A stretch of 54,648 nucleotides of DNA from a virus (taxonomy: Duplodnaviria > Caudoviricetes): IMG/VR virus record IMGVR_UViG_3300023055_000119, positions 1 to 54,648 of that record; one strand, written 5' to 3'. The notes beneath the pieces are model-generated. The model searched no databases, had not been told where the DNA came from, and saw only the letters and a list, made by a program, of their open reading frames with translations. Positions 36,035-44,671 of this stretch are shown here, in pieces; the first letter of the stretch is position 1; each line of letters opens with the position of its first letter. Position numbers and translations under genes: made by a program.

Positions 36035-36149
36035 GCTTGGGCCCTCTCAGCTTTAGTTCTAAACGGATTAGTCGATAGTTGATCTCATACATTCCGCGCA
36101 TCTTCATAATGCGTAGCCGGAGCCACTTCTGTCTGAGGCAGTCGGTCAC
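36024..36149 (-). CDS. YlcG-like small protein
   Basis: LRQKW.RLR......NYRLIR; GTG start overlapping the upstream stop. Confidence 0.55.
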   Translation of the reverse strand: MTDCLRQKWLRLRIMKMRGMYEINYRLIRLELKLRGPKHAQ

Positions 36150-36322
36150 GATGGCCTCCCGGTAAGCTCTCTGATTGCCTTGTATTTCTGCTTGAAGCGA
36201 TAGCCTTTGTTCATTGCTCGTAGTGACCTCATTCGCTTTTGATGCTGCATGTGCTTTCTGGGCATCCAAACAAACAAAAGTGTTCCCCATGCGGCAATGA
36301 TGAAAACCACATCCCAGTTCAT
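36146..36322 (-). CDS. 58-aa membrane-anchored basic protein MNWDVVFIIAAWG... (not in ORF track)
   Basis: ATGA overlap with the ninG stop; GAGG SD. Confidence 0.55.
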   Translation of the reverse strand: MNWDVVFIIAAWGTLLFVWMPRKHMQHQKRMRSLRAMNKGYRFKQKYKAIRELTGRPS

Positions 36323-36924
36323 GCTGCCTCTCTTTGCTTATTCAGCTCTCTGGTTTTTTTCCGGTAATGCGCCGCCAGCTCCTGCAGCCCTTCCCGCGTC
36401 CACTTTTTCAGCTCATGCGGCCCCATAAGGCGATCAAACGCAGCCTGACCGATTTTCTTGATCAGGTTTGGCGTGTAGTTTTCGATGTTGCCGGAGAGGT
36501 GCTGGTTACAGGGAACGCATTGCTTATGGCAGTTGGTTTCGTCGTAACGTGTGGCCGGTGAGGCGCCGCGGGTGCGGTAGTGGCCTGCGTCATATTTTCC
36601 CTCATGAAAACGCCCGCAGCTGATGCATGGCGCTTCTGCGTCACGGGTTCGGATGTATTCGTTGAAGGCGGCTTGTGCTTGCTTGTGGAAGTGGCTGAGG
36701 GGTTGTAGTGCTAACTTGCGGACTTTGATACTGCGTCGTTCCTGCTGGGCTTCATCCTTTCGTCGTCGTTCTGCGTCCTGTATCGACTTCTGCCGGTCTT
36801 TTTCTCTTTTGGCTAATGCGATTACCGTTCCGCATTCCGGGCTGCACCACCATTGGTTGCTGAATTTTGGATGGAACCATTCGCGGCAGTCGGGGTTTTT
36901 ACATCGCCTTCTGACTTTCCTCAT
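36319..36924 (-). CDS. ninG: NinG/Rap junction endonuclease
   Basis: RRRCKNP.CREWF, CSPECG, FNEYIR.RD, CISCG, DAGHYR, N.HKQC..CN. Confidence 0.9.
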   Translation of the reverse strand: MRKVRRRCKNPDCREWFHPKFSNQWWCSPECGTVIALAKREKDRQKSIQDAERRRKDEAQQERRSIKVRKLALQPLSHFHKQAQAAFNEYIRTRDAEAPCISCGRFHEGKYDAGHYRTRGASPATRYDETNCHKQCVPCNQHLSGNIENYTPNLIKKIGQAAFDRLMGPHELKKWTREGLQELAAHYRKKTRELNKQREAA

Positions 36925-37090
36925 CGCTTCCTCCGCACATCCTGAAATTCGGGTCGCTCATTAGCTCCACCTCGCAAGCGCTGCTGCAATAGGTCTCGCA
37001 ATCGGTCAGGGTAATGGCGCAGAACACGCAGACCAAAGCAGATAGCTCGCCAGCGCCAGTAGGCTGATTTGATGGGGTTGTGTTGCTCAT
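36899..37090 (-). CDS. NinF-like protein
   Basis: C..C..L...E.Y..C..ELMSDPN; GGAGGAG SD. Confidence 0.6.
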   Translation of the reverse strand: MSNTTPSNQPTGAGELSALVCVFCAITLTDCETYCSSACEVELMSDPNFRMCGGSDEESQKAM

Positions 37091-37196
37091 ACTCCTCCCA
37101 CTTGAGGTCGGTTTCGCAAGACTCGCATGCAACTGAATACCAGTGCTTATCTTCACTGGTGAGGATGGTGTGGCAGCGGGTGCAGCGTTCTCTCAT
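36921..37196 (-). CDS. Zn-finger hypothetical protein overlapping the NinF-like ORF
   Basis: CxxC..CxxC; ATGA-coupled to ninE upstream and ninG downstream. Confidence 0.55.
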   Translation of the reverse strand: MRERCTRCHTILTSEDKHWYSVACESCETDLKWEEYEQHNPIKSAYWRWRAICFGLRVLRHYPDRLRDLLQQRLRGGANERPEFQDVRRKR

Positions 37197-37369
37197 CGTG
37201 TCAGCCTCATTCTGTTCCACTTAGCGCGCAGCAATCCGTAGGTGTAGTCGAAGGTTTTCACCTCGCTGGCTGGCGGTATGGGTTTGCGTTTTGTTCTTGT
37301 GCGGCGGGTAGGCTGGAATATCAGGTGGTCTATGCAGAGTTGAGTGGGTGATTTGCGCTGTCTGCTCAT
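37193..37369 (-). CDS. NinE-like protein
   Basis: RQRKS...PTRRTR.KRKPIP..SEVKTFDYT. Confidence 0.75.
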   Translation of the reverse strand: MSRQRKSPTQLCIDHLIFQPTRRTRTKRKPIPPASEVKTFDYTYGLLRAKWNRMRLTR

Positions 37370-37515
37370 CTCGCCCTCGCTAACATATGGCGGCATGTGT
37401 CGATGCTGCATCCCATGCGCTGGCTGATGATTGCGAATGTCAGCCCCATTTTTCTTAGCTTCCCTACCTTGTTGCACTCTTCCTGTGTGTGGTGTTGGTA
37501 TCTGCCTTTGCTCAT
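37366..37515 (-). CDS. 49-aa HTH-like protein (not in ORF track)
   Basis: LRKMGLTFAIISQRMGCS; ATGA overlaps at both ends. Confidence 0.55.
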   Translation of the reverse strand: MSKGRYQHHTQEECNKVGKLRKMGLTFAIISQRMGCSIDTCRHMLARAR

Positions 37516-37949
37516 GCCGCCCTCCCGAAATAATCGCCGGTGTACCGCACCTCGCGGAGGTTAACGCCGTTGCCGACAGCCCACGCGGTGGAGTAGTCGA
37601 TTAAACTTGTCATGCGCTTAATGCCCATTTTTGCGGTTGATTCCCTGATGTTGCAGAACTCACCTTCCAGCCCCGGCACCACTTCAGCTCCTAGCCCGGT
37701 AGCCACTGAGTGTCCGGAAACGAATAGCGTTTTCCACTGCACCGCCGTTCGTTGCTCGTTCATCCAGATAGCCTGACGCGCCACGTCACCACACAGAGCG
37801 TGGAACATGCTGTTTTGCAAAAGTGAGCGGTCGAAGTCGGTAATGCGGATGGTGAGGGGGTGATGGTCGTTCAGGGGGAGTTTGTTGATTTGCTCTATCA
37901 GGTTTCGTCGTACCTGCTCGTTACGCAGGAAGAACGTTTGTTTATCCAC
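37512..37949 (-). CDS. ninB: NinB-family recombination protein
   Basis: RSL.QN..FHALC.DVA.Q, WK.LF, VPGLEGEF, RESTAKM. Confidence 0.85.
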   Translation of the reverse strand: MDKQTFFLRNEQVRRNLIEQINKLPLNDHHPLTIRITDFDRSLLQNSMFHALCGDVARQAIWMNEQRTAVQWKTLFVSGHSVATGLGAEVVPGLEGEFCNIRESTAKMGIKRMTSLIDYSTAWAVGNGVNLREVRYTGDYFGRAA

Positions 37950-37951
37950 TG

Positions 37952-38149
37952 TTACCTCCCTTCGATTGTCTCCACGTAGTCATAGAGATTGTCGTGAAGC
38001 TCTTTTGATAACTGCTCGGCCTGACGTTTTAGTATCTGATCGGCGAATGTTGGCGTGCTGACCTGTGCAAGCACGAACTGGAGTTTTGCTAACTTCTCCA
38101 TTGCTTCATGCAACTGCTTATGGGGACGCAGAGGGATTACATTGTTCAT
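37952..38149 (-). CDS. Hypothetical phage protein
   Basis: MNNVIPLRP start; coupled to the upstream gene. Confidence 0.6.
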   Translation of the reverse strand: MNNVIPLRPHKQLHEAMEKLAKLQFVLAQVSTPTFADQILKRQAEQLSKELHDNLYDYVETIEGR

Positions 38150-38412
38150 GGCTTGCGATCTCCTCGATACATGAAAATATTCAGGTTACCTTTGGTTGCA
38201 ACCCTCATCGTATGACCATCTTTCAGGCGGTCCAGCTCAAAGGCATCATAAAGCTCATTCACCGCCTTTTGCCGACGAGTGTCCTTTCGGCGCTTATCCC
38301 ATTGAGTAGCTAACACCAGGACAAACCATTCAAAAGATTTGATGATGATAAAAACGTACCCAATTCCCATTAGCCCAATCATCATCCATTTGCCGAAATC
38401 AATTCCTATCAT
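38146..38412 (-). CDS. Hypothetical membrane-anchored phage protein (DUF4752-like)
   Basis: TM followed by RRQKAVNELYDAFEL. Confidence 0.6.
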   Translation of the reverse strand: MIGIDFGKWMMIGLMGIGYVFIIIKSFEWFVLVLATQWDKRRKDTRRQKAVNELYDAFELDRLKDGHTMRVATKGNLNIFMYRGDRKP

Positions 38413-38473
38413 GCTTCCCCCTCACCACTTTCACGGCAATCATCGCCGCTGGTTTGATGGTTGGCGAACTGAG

Positions 38474-38758
38474 TCATGATGCCTCCAGGTTAACTTTGAT
38501 GGCGAAAACCTTCACAGGCTTGGCGCCAAAGTGCTTATGAGTAATGGTTTTTATCTCGTAGCCATCGTAAGGGATATCGATGCGGCGGGATAAGTCATCG
38601 CGCTTTGGGTATCCGCGGGTGATGATGAGCCTGTCATAGTCACGACCGAAAATACGGTTTCCCCAATACGGATTAACCAGCCGATACTCCTCCACCTTGT
38701 CGCCGCGCTTCATGGCGTCGAAATATTCACCGTTCACTGCAAGTTGCAGATTCGCCAT
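38474..38758 (-). CDS. ASCH-domain protein
   Basis: L.L.V.GEYFD.MK.G.K.EEYR. Confidence 0.78.
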   Translation of the reverse strand: MANLQLAVNGEYFDAMKRGDKVEEYRLVNPYWGNRIFGRDYDRLIITRGYPKRDDLSRRIDIPYDGYEIKTITHKHFGAKPVKVFAIKVNLEAS

Positions 38759-39156
38759 TACCCTTCCCTCCCATCATTTTCAATCTGCCGGTAGGTGTCC
38801 GTTGGGGGCTGCGGCACTTCAAGTTCTGCAAGTAGATCCTTGCCATCCTGTACCCACTGGCCTGATGCGCCCGGAAAACGATAAGTCACTACATCGCAAC
38901 TTACGCTGGGGCTGTGCTGATATAACTGCATGAGGTAATCAGCAATATCGCCTACTGGTCTTTTGATGTATGGCAGATGGCCAGGCTTTCTCACCACAAT
39001 GAACACGTCTTTGCTTTCCTGCTGCTCCAGTACTGGCAGGGCAATCTCAAGGGCTTGCATCATGTACTCATCACGGATACTTGGTCCTGCGTAGGCTGCA
39101 TTCTCTTTCAAACCAGCGATAATCTGCTTCGCTTTATCAGCGGTTAGCTTGTTCAT
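38758..39156 (-). CDS. Hypothetical phage protein
   Basis: Start corrected to MNKLTADK; coupled to its neighbours. Confidence 0.6.
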   Translation of the reverse strand: MNKLTADKAKQIIAGLKENAAYAGPSIRDEYMMQALEIALPVLEQQESKDVFIVVRKPGHLPYIKRPVGDIADYLMQLYQHSPSVSCDVVTYRFPGASGQWVQDGKDLLAELEVPQPPTDTYRQIENDGREG

Positions 39157-39344
39157 TTGGCACCACCCGGTATCAGCGCGATGATCCAGAACATAGCCAC
39201 CAAAGCTGCGCTCATGCGGGCTATGTATTTCCATCCAAAGGTTTTAAATGCGTTTTGCCACATGACGAATGACAGGAATACAACAACAGCAGGGAACGCC
39301 GCCGCTACCGTGATAGTTGCCATAGTTGCTTTATAAATATCCAT
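39153..39344 (-). CDS. Small two-TM protein
   Basis: Two hydrophobic segments; coupled overlaps. Confidence 0.6.
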   Translation of the reverse strand: MDIYKATMATITVAAAFPAVVVFLSFVMWQNAFKTFGWKYIARMSAALVAMFWIIALIPGGAK

Positions 39345-39599
39345 CAGAATCCACCCTTAGTTTTGTTATTGCCGCCTTTTTCGGAACGGGAATCTCGCTG
39401 CTCATACCACTCACCATCGCCATCGCAGTCGGGACATTTGGCCTTCGGATTGTTGAATGAGTAGCCACCAAGTTGCTCGTTGACAGTGCCAGTGCCATGG
39501 CAGGTTTCGCATTCATGTGTTGTGTATGCTGGCTTTTCTTTCTCCGAATACGCGCTTAATCAGCTCAGCGCGAGGCAGTCCGTGAATTACTTGTGTCAT
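39344..39599 (-). pseudogene. Frameshifted CxxCxGxG zinc-finger gene
   Basis: ATG frame stops after 28 aa; the +1 frame encodes CETCHGTG..CPDCDGDG and has no start codon of its own. Confidence 0.6.
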
Positions 39600-39940
39600 G
39601 CTGGCTCCTTAACTTTCATGCCGGCCGATTTGATAGCGTCAACCACGTCACGCTGGTAAAGCTGTGGTTTGAATACGCCGTCATACCAGTATTCGCTGTT
39701 GTTGATGTCGGGCAGTTCCACATCGGCATAGTCGGTTAGCACAAGGCCACGACTGACACCCCTCACGCATCGGACATAGCCCTTTCGGATCAGAACATCG
39801 GTCATCTGATGCGTGCTGGTTACATGGACGCTGAAGTGTTTAGCCATCTCGGCATAGGTTGGTGAGATTCCGTTTTTGGCGATGAAGCTGCGGATAAAAT
39901 CGACCAGTTGTGCTTGCTTGGTGCTGAGTGCTGCTCTCAT
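39596..39940 (-). CDS. LexA-type winged-helix DNA-binding protein without a protease domain
   Basis: LSTKQ.QLVDFI..FI..NGISPT.AEMA..F.......L.RKGY......RGL. Confidence 0.75.
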   Translation of the reverse strand: MRAALSTKQAQLVDFIRSFIAKNGISPTYAEMAKHFSVHVTSTHQMTDVLIRKGYVRCVRGVSRGLVLTDYADVELPDINNSEYWYDGVFKPQLYQRDVVDAIKSAGMKVKEPA

Positions 39941-40173
39941 GCCCCCTCCCTACCATCACTATCGGTTAATCGTCTGGCGTTGTTTATCGCTTGGCGCATG
40001 GCGATATCCCATGCATATGCAGAAACAATCATTTCAGTGGCGATCCGGTCAGATAACTCAATTATCTTGGCGTGATCCAAGCGGATGGACTCCAGGATGC
40101 ACCACCGAGAGTCAGGATGGAAATCTGACATGTAGGCCTCAATTACTAGCCAGTCGTTATCGTCGATAATCAA
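39937..40173 (-). CDS. Hypothetical protein
   Basis: TTG start overlapping the loader stop. Confidence 0.5.
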   Translation of the reverse strand: MIIDDNDWLVIEAYMSDFHPDSRWCILESIRLDHAKIIELSDRIATEMIVSAYAWDIAMRQAINNARRLTDSDGREGA

Positions 40174-41045
40174 GCGCCACCCCGCGAACGATACGAATCC
40201 CAAGTAAAGGCCAGCGTACAGCCTCCGCCGTCGTTCATGCGGTCGATGACGCGCTCACCGATGAAGGCTGACAGCTCTTCCAAGGGCAGGTTGCTAATCA
40301 GGATGGTTGGCTTCATCTGCTCGTAACGTGTGTTGATTACTTCGAACAGGATTAGCTTTTCCGACTCGCTGCCGAACTGCACGCCAACCTCATCGATGAT
40401 TAACAGGTCGGGATCGGTGTAGGCGTGGATCACATCGTACTCGGTGCGCTCGGCGTTCTTACCCCATGTGGATTTAAATGCTCGAGCAACACGTAATGCC
40501 GTTGTAAACATCGCCGCTTGCTGGTGCTCGTTGATGACGTGCTTTGCGATCGACAGCGCCAGATGATTCTTTCCGGTACCGGGCTTGCCGCACATAACAA
40601 GCCCACCGCCCTGCTTGCGACGATCTGCCCATTTCGATGCGTAGGCTTTGCAGAGTTTTAGGCATCGGGCCGCTTCAGGGTTAACCGGCTGATAGTTATC
40701 CAGGGTGGCTTCGCTAAAGCGCTGCGGCAAATTTAGATCACACATCAGGCGCGTGATAATGCTGTCCTTGCGGCGATCTTCGATGGCTTGAGTGTCGCTT
40801 TTCAGGATAGCCAGCCGCTCACGAAGGCACGCTTCGCATTCGCTTTTCGTGGAGATCCCGGCGTTGCCTAGACTCATGCGGCGAACGCGCTGCTCGAATG
40901 AGCCGTGTTTTTCGCAGACAGCAGAGACAATTTCGAAAACAGTATTTTCGATTTGAGGCGGCGGCGCGCTTAGTTCGTCAAGCTGACGCTGAACCTTTGC
41001 GATTTTGTCGCGGTTTTCGCTAGCCATTGAATCGTGATAATTCAT
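40170..41045 (-). CDS. DnaC/IstB-like helicase loader
   Basis: GKPGTGKNHLA, LLIIDEVG, ISN, R..DR. Confidence 0.9.
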   Translation of the reverse strand: MNYHDSMASENRDKIAKVQRQLDELSAPPPQIENTVFEIVSAVCEKHGSFEQRVRRMSLGNAGISTKSECEACLRERLAILKSDTQAIEDRRKDSIITRLMCDLNLPQRFSEATLDNYQPVNPEAARCLKLCKAYASKWADRRKQGGGLVMCGKPGTGKNHLALSIAKHVINEHQQAAMFTTALRVARAFKSTWGKNAERTEYDVIHAYTDPDLLIIDEVGVQFGSESEKLILFEVINTRYEQMKPTILISNLPLEELSAFIGERVIDRMNDGGGCTLAFTWDSYRSRGGA

Positions 41046-41917
41046 GATTGCTCCCTAGCCCATGCAGGCTCTTGAGTCTGACCGTAGTCTTTGGCGGCAA
41101 AGTTCTCAGCCACGGCGCGTGTTGGTGCAGCTGCTGGTTTGTAGGCTGGCTTAGCCCCGAACTTGGCTGCGTTTCTCAACCAGTTATTCAGGGCTTTGTT
41201 CCAGTCAGTAAACTTTGAGCCTTTGGCCTGATGGTGATCAGCGAACGCATCAAACTCGCGTTCAAGATTTACGCCTAGCTCCTTGGCTAATTCACGGTTG
41301 CGATCATTTGGCTCAAGAGCTTTGGGGAACTGGCATTGCCGTTTTTGTTTGGCAGGCTCGTCAGGAACATCGGAAGGGACTACAGGGTTAATATTGTTTT
41401 TGTCTTTACTGTCTTTTGTAGAATTGTCTTTTGTGTTTAACAGATTCTGTAAACCCTGTTTTACTGATTCCGTAAATGTTTCCTTTACAGATTCTGTAAA
41501 GTTTACAGTTTCTGTAATATTTACTGATTCTGTAATGACAGGTTTACTGATTGTGTGAAACTTGGTGTCCCAAGCACTGATTTCTTTGTTGATGCCAATC
41601 AGGCGCCCATTCATGGCTAGAACTTTCATCTTGATTAGCTTATTGCGTTCCGTGCTGCACCGGGTTTCAGGTAACCCGGTTAGTTCGGAGAGTTGAGCGT
41701 TCCCTACCCAATCGGATGTTTTGTTATACCCGTATGTTTTGCGAATAACCGCCAAGGTGATCAGCATCTGGTTCTGAGTTAACCCAGCGCCTATAACAGC
41801 CTCTAGCAGCTCATTAGCGATACGGGTGAAACCATTATCGGTATCAACCACGCGACGCTCCACGACCTGCAGATCAGGCCTGATAGGTGAGACGTATTTA
41901 AGGGCAGCTTCAGCCAT
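41042..41917 (-). CDS. Replication initiator (lambda O-like)
   Basis: GFTRIANELLEA, IRKTYGYNK..DW; internal iterons. Confidence 0.9.
   Translation of the reverse strand: MAEAALKYVSPIRPDLQVVERRVVDTDNGFTRIANELLEAVIGAGLTQNQMLITLAVIRKTYGYNKTSDWVGNAQLSELTGLPETRCSTERNKLIKMKVLAMNGRLIGINKEISAWDTKFHTISKPVITESVNITETVNFTESVKETFTESVKQGLQNLLNTKDNSTKDSKDKNNINPVVPSDVPDEPAKQKRQCQFPKALEPNDRNRELAKELGVNLEREFDAFADHHQAKGSKFTDWNKALNNWLRNAAKFGAKPAYKPAAAPTRAVAENFAAKDYGQTQEPAWAREQS
41438..41558. repeat. Replication origin iterons
   Basis: 5-6 copies of near-palindromic TTAC(A/T)GATTCTGTAA at about 41438, 41461, 41485, 41503, 41521, 41544 next to an AT-rich tract. Confidence 0.85.
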
Positions 41918-41929
41918 AAAAGCCCCCTT

Positions 41930-41963
41930 TACTGTTTACATATCCAGTTAGTCCTGGCATTAT
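41930..41963 (+). promoter_or_regulatory. pO-like promoter with LexA box
   Basis: CTG-tttacatatc-CAG (41932-41947) over TTTACA-N17-CATTAT, same arrangement as lambda pO. Confidence 0.7.
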
Positions 41964-41969
41964 TAACCC

Positions 41970-42033
41970 CGTCGATTGTCAGAATTCGATTGTTATTTGA
42001 GAGGCCTCAACTGTTCGCGCAGTTGGGGCTTTT
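41970..42033 (+). ncRNA. OOP-like antisense RNA to the cII 3' end
   Basis: Downstream of the pO-like promoter; ends in GCCTCAACTG..CAGTTGGGGC-TTTTT. Confidence 0.7.
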
Positions 42034-42275
42034 TGTTTTGTGAGGATTGTTGCTACCTGCTTGGCCAGCCGGGCCATGTCGTCATCAACGACACCCCATT
42101 CCAGCACCGCCAGGAGCATGGAGAACTTTGGTATCCAGTCCTTCTTCCATCTGCTTATCTGCGCCTTATCGACGCCGACGGCCTCAGCCGTTTTCTCAGT
42201 GCCTAACATCGCGATCTTGTTCAGTAATGTGCTTTCAATTCGAAGAGCCTCATTGCGTTTCTTTGCGCGTTCCAT
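41979..42275 (-). CDS. cII: CII transcriptional activator
   Basis: Near-identical to lambda CII: RNEALRIES.LLNKIAMLGTEKTAEAVGVDK.QISRWK.DWIPKFSMLLAVLEWG. Confidence 0.95.
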   Translation of the reverse strand: MERAKKRNEALRIESTLLNKIAMLGTEKTAEAVGVDKAQISRWKKDWIPKFSMLLAVLEWGVVDDDMARLAKQVATILTKQKAPTARTVEASQITIEF

Positions 42276-42285
42276 GTGACATCAT
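42253..42285 (+). promoter_or_regulatory. pRE-like promoter
   Basis: TTGC-gtttct-TTGC, 13 nt, CATCAT at the start of cII. Confidence 0.75.
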
Positions 42286-42364
42286 TCCTTGGTTGGTTAA
42301 GGGTTCAGACGTGACAAAGCCGAGGCTTATGCCACGAATCATTTTTTTTGTTTCGTTTGGATTT

Positions 42365-42408
42365 CACTTTTCAGTGACGTGGGACTTCATGTCCGTTGTT
42401 GAAGAGCG
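42365..42408 (-). promoter_or_regulatory. nutR
   Basis: boxA CGCTCTTCAACAA and boxB CACT-GAAA-AGTG just after cro. Confidence 0.7.
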
Positions 42409-42415
42409 GGTAAAA

Positions 42416-42634
42416 CTAAGCGGCGCGGTTGCCGCCTTTGCTGCCATACATCAACCAGAGCGGATCACACTTGAGCGCTAAGGCCAGTTCAAACAGGAAG
42501 CGTGGACGTTGCGTCGTACCATCTTCAATTCGCTGTAAAGATTGCTGCTTCATGCCAGCTTTCTCAGCCAACTGCGCCTGAGTCAGATTTAACTCCATGC
42601 GCTTCTGTTTGAGGCGTTGAGAAATTGTATCCAT
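42416..42634 (-). CDS. cro: Cro repressor (434-type)
   Basis: [51 protein letters not shown]. Confidence 0.92.
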   Translation of the reverse strand: MDTISQRLKQKRMELNLTQAQLAEKAGMKQQSLQRIEDGTTQRPRFLFELALALKCDPLWLMYGSKGGNRAA

Positions 42635-42645
42635 TACTCACCTCC

Positions 42646-42704
42646 ACAGTTTTATCTGTATTCTCCAACAGTTATATCTGTTTGTCAAATACAGCTTTAA
42701 CTGT
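42646..42704. promoter_or_regulatory. OR operators (three)
   Basis: ACAG-N6-CTGT at 42646, 42668 and 42691. Confidence 0.88.
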
Positions 42705-42734
42705 GAAGCTTGTGGGGTATATGGAGAGGAACCT

Positions 42735-43367
42735 ATGAGCCTTGCAGATCGGGTTAAACAAAGAAGATTAGAGCTGCGCCTTACTCAGACAGAAGTCGCA
42801 GAAAAAGCGGGGATCACTCAGCAGTCTTGGGCTAGTATTGAGGATGGAAAGACCCTCAAACCTCGTAATATCGTTGGTATGGCCGAAGCGCTTAATTGTG
42901 ATCCTGCATGGCTCATGAATGGCGGCACGCTTGTTCCGGTAGGCGAGGTGAATACAAGGAGGATTCCCTTGATCAATTACGTTCAGGCTGGCGCGTTAGC
43001 CACCAAACCAGCAATAGAGGCTATGGACGGCAGCTATGAATATGTGCTCACCGACATGGACTGGTCACAATACACATTTGCTTTGAAGATCGTGGGCGAC
43101 TCAATGGAGCCTGATTTTAAGGCCGGGGACGTGATCGTAGTCGACCCTGAAATAGAGCCAGCGCCAGGCGAATTTGTTGTCGCTAAGAATGGAGAACACG
43201 AAGCCACTTTCAAAAAGTATCGGCCTACCGTCTTCTCTCCTGAAGGTAAGCAGCACTTCGAACTAGTACCGCTCAACGATGACTATCCAACTATGAAGAG
43301 CGTAGAAAGAGAGATTAAAATCATCGGCACCATGGTTGAACATCGCATCTACAGACGAAAACGTTAA
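42735..43367 (+). CDS. cI: CI repressor, RecA-cleavable
   Basis: HTH plus intact Ala-Gly (VQAGA), Ser (GDSM) and Lys (FKKY). Confidence 0.93.
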   Translation: MSLADRVKQRRLELRLTQTEVAEKAGITQQSWASIEDGKTLKPRNIVGMAEALNCDPAWLMNGGTLVPVGEVNTRRIPLINYVQAGALATKPAIEAMDGSYEYVLTDMDWSQYTFALKIVGDSMEPDFKAGDVIVVDPEIEPAPGEFVVAKNGEHEATFKKYRPTVFSPEGKQHFELVPLNDDYPTMKSVEREIKIIGTMVEHRIYRRKR

Positions 43368-43381
43368 ATCCCCTCACATCA

Positions 43382-43406
43382 AGCCGCCGAAAGGCGGTTT
43401 TTTTTT
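43382..43406 (+). terminator. Terminator after cI
   Basis: GCCGCC-gaaa-GGCGGT followed by a T run. Confidence 0.8.
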
Positions 43407-43466
43407 GCCTTTTACAAATTTATTTCCCTTTCAATACAGTTTGATACCTCAATATCTGTAATTAAT

Positions 43467-43509
43467 ACAGTTTTATCTGTTGACGATAAAACAGTTTTAC
43501 CTGTATCTT
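43467..43509 (+). promoter_or_regulatory. OL operators and pL
   Basis: ACAG-N6-CTGT at 43467 and 43491 flanking TTGACG-N18-TATCTT. Confidence 0.85.
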
Positions 43510-43551
43510 TATCCCGTCAGCAGGACGCTGGCGAACAACGAAACGGACAAC

Positions 43552-43596
43552 AGCTCTTTACACAACGGTGATGGATCACCTACGTGGCCGAAAGGC
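43552..43596 (+). promoter_or_regulatory. nutL
   Basis: boxA GCTCTTTACACAA; boxB GCC-GAAA-GGC. Confidence 0.7.
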
Positions 43597-43613
43597 CAAT
43601 AAGTACCAAAGCG

Positions 43614-43784
43614 TGAGTTTTGGGGTGTGGTGGCGGTGTCCTCAAGCGAGGTGCAACGCTAGCAGTGTGATAAGACCTGATGAACCGGCTGGGCAGATAG
43701 CTTTTTGCCAATACAGAAACAGGGCGTTCAGGAAGTAAGTGAGAGTGGCGACTCAGTGCCGCACCACCACACCACCAAAATTCA
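43614..43784 (+). other. Long N-leader hairpin (RNase III-site-like)
   Basis: TGAGTTTTGG..GTGTGGTGG pairs with CCACCACAC..CCAAAATTCA just upstream of the N RBS. Confidence 0.6.
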
Positions 43785-43798
43785 CTCAGGAGGTATCT

Positions 43799-44125
43799 AT
43801 GACACGCAGAACTCAATTCGCTGGTTCAGCTGCTGGTCGTCGCCGGGAACGCCGCGCAGGCCTCCAGAGCGAAGCAAGCGTTAGCGCTGAAGTGTTGCAT
43901 CGCCCTACTCCAAGCCGCGTTGTTTTGCAGTGCAAGCGCAAGCCGGTAGATGTGGTCAGCAAGGCAGTCGACACCGAGACGGAGTATCACAAGCAGATTC
44001 TTGCGGGTGCAGCGGCATATGTTGAGCACCGCATCAGCAGCAAATACCAGAAGGTCAGCAACGAAGCTGGTCGTCAGATTCACGCAGTGCAGAAGATGCG
44101 CGGCAAGAGCATTCCTTTAATCTAA
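43799..44125 (+). CDS. Antitermination protein N
   Basis: Arg-rich motif SAAGRRRERRA, C-terminal QKMRGKSIPLI; first gene after pL/nutL. Confidence 0.85.
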   Translation: MTRRTQFAGSAAGRRRERRAGLQSEASVSAEVLHRPTPSRVVLQCKRKPVDVVSKAVDTETEYHKQILAGAAAYVEHRISSKYQKVSNEAGRQIHAVQKMRGKSIPLI

Positions 44126-44200
44126 AGCGCTGCGACAACTATAGACGGAACTAATAACTAATGATAAATATCATTAACCACTACTAAATGAGGTTTGCCA

Positions 44201-44671
44201 ATGGAAGGTCATCATTTTGAACGGTTAAAAGAGCATATATTGAGCCTGTCAGTATCAGACAATTTCTCTGTGGCTTGTAATGAGTGGGAGCTTGATACCA
44301 TTGAGTTATCCGAAGAGTGGGATAACTGCCCTTGCGGCCAAGATATCAAGGAGCACTGTTACATAAGAAACAAGCTCAACAACAATACAACATACGTTGG
44401 AAATCAATGCATTAAACGCTTCATGAATAAAAATGAAGATAGCTTATTTGATGGGTTGAAACGTATTAAAGAGAATCCTAAAGCCAACGCAAATCAGGCA
44501 GTAATCGATTATGCATTCAAGAAAGGCTTTATATGGGATCTAAAGGAATATAATTTTTTAGTTGAAACAAAAAACAAAAGGAAACCTTCGCCAGGGCAAC
44601 TGAGCTGGAAGGAAAAGGTTAACAGGCGAATATTAAATGGCACAGTAGTAAAGAAAAGAACATCAAGATAA
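44201..44671 (+). CDS. AT-rich moron, Cys-rich hypothetical protein
   Basis: CPCG..C..VGNQC; candidate promoter TAGACG-N17-TAAATA; terminator AACCCGC..GCGGGTTTTTT follows. Confidence 0.75.
   Translation: MEGHHFERLKEHILSLSVSDNFSVACNEWELDTIELSEEWDNCPCGQDIKEHCYIRNKLNNNTTYVGNQCIKRFMNKNEDSLFDGLKRIKENPKANANQAVIDYAFKKGFIWDLKEYNFLVETKNKRKPSPGQLSWKEKVNRRILNGTVVKKRTSR

Noticed and set aside
39331-39516. ORF-track 61-aa protein MNAKPAMAL...
   Set aside because: The alternative frame holds the CxxCxGxG motifs and is coupled to the next gene
41438-41558. Regularly spaced palindromic repeats as a possible CRISPR array
   Set aside because: They lie in frame inside the O gene with 3-9 nt spacers and no cas genes; these are origin iterons
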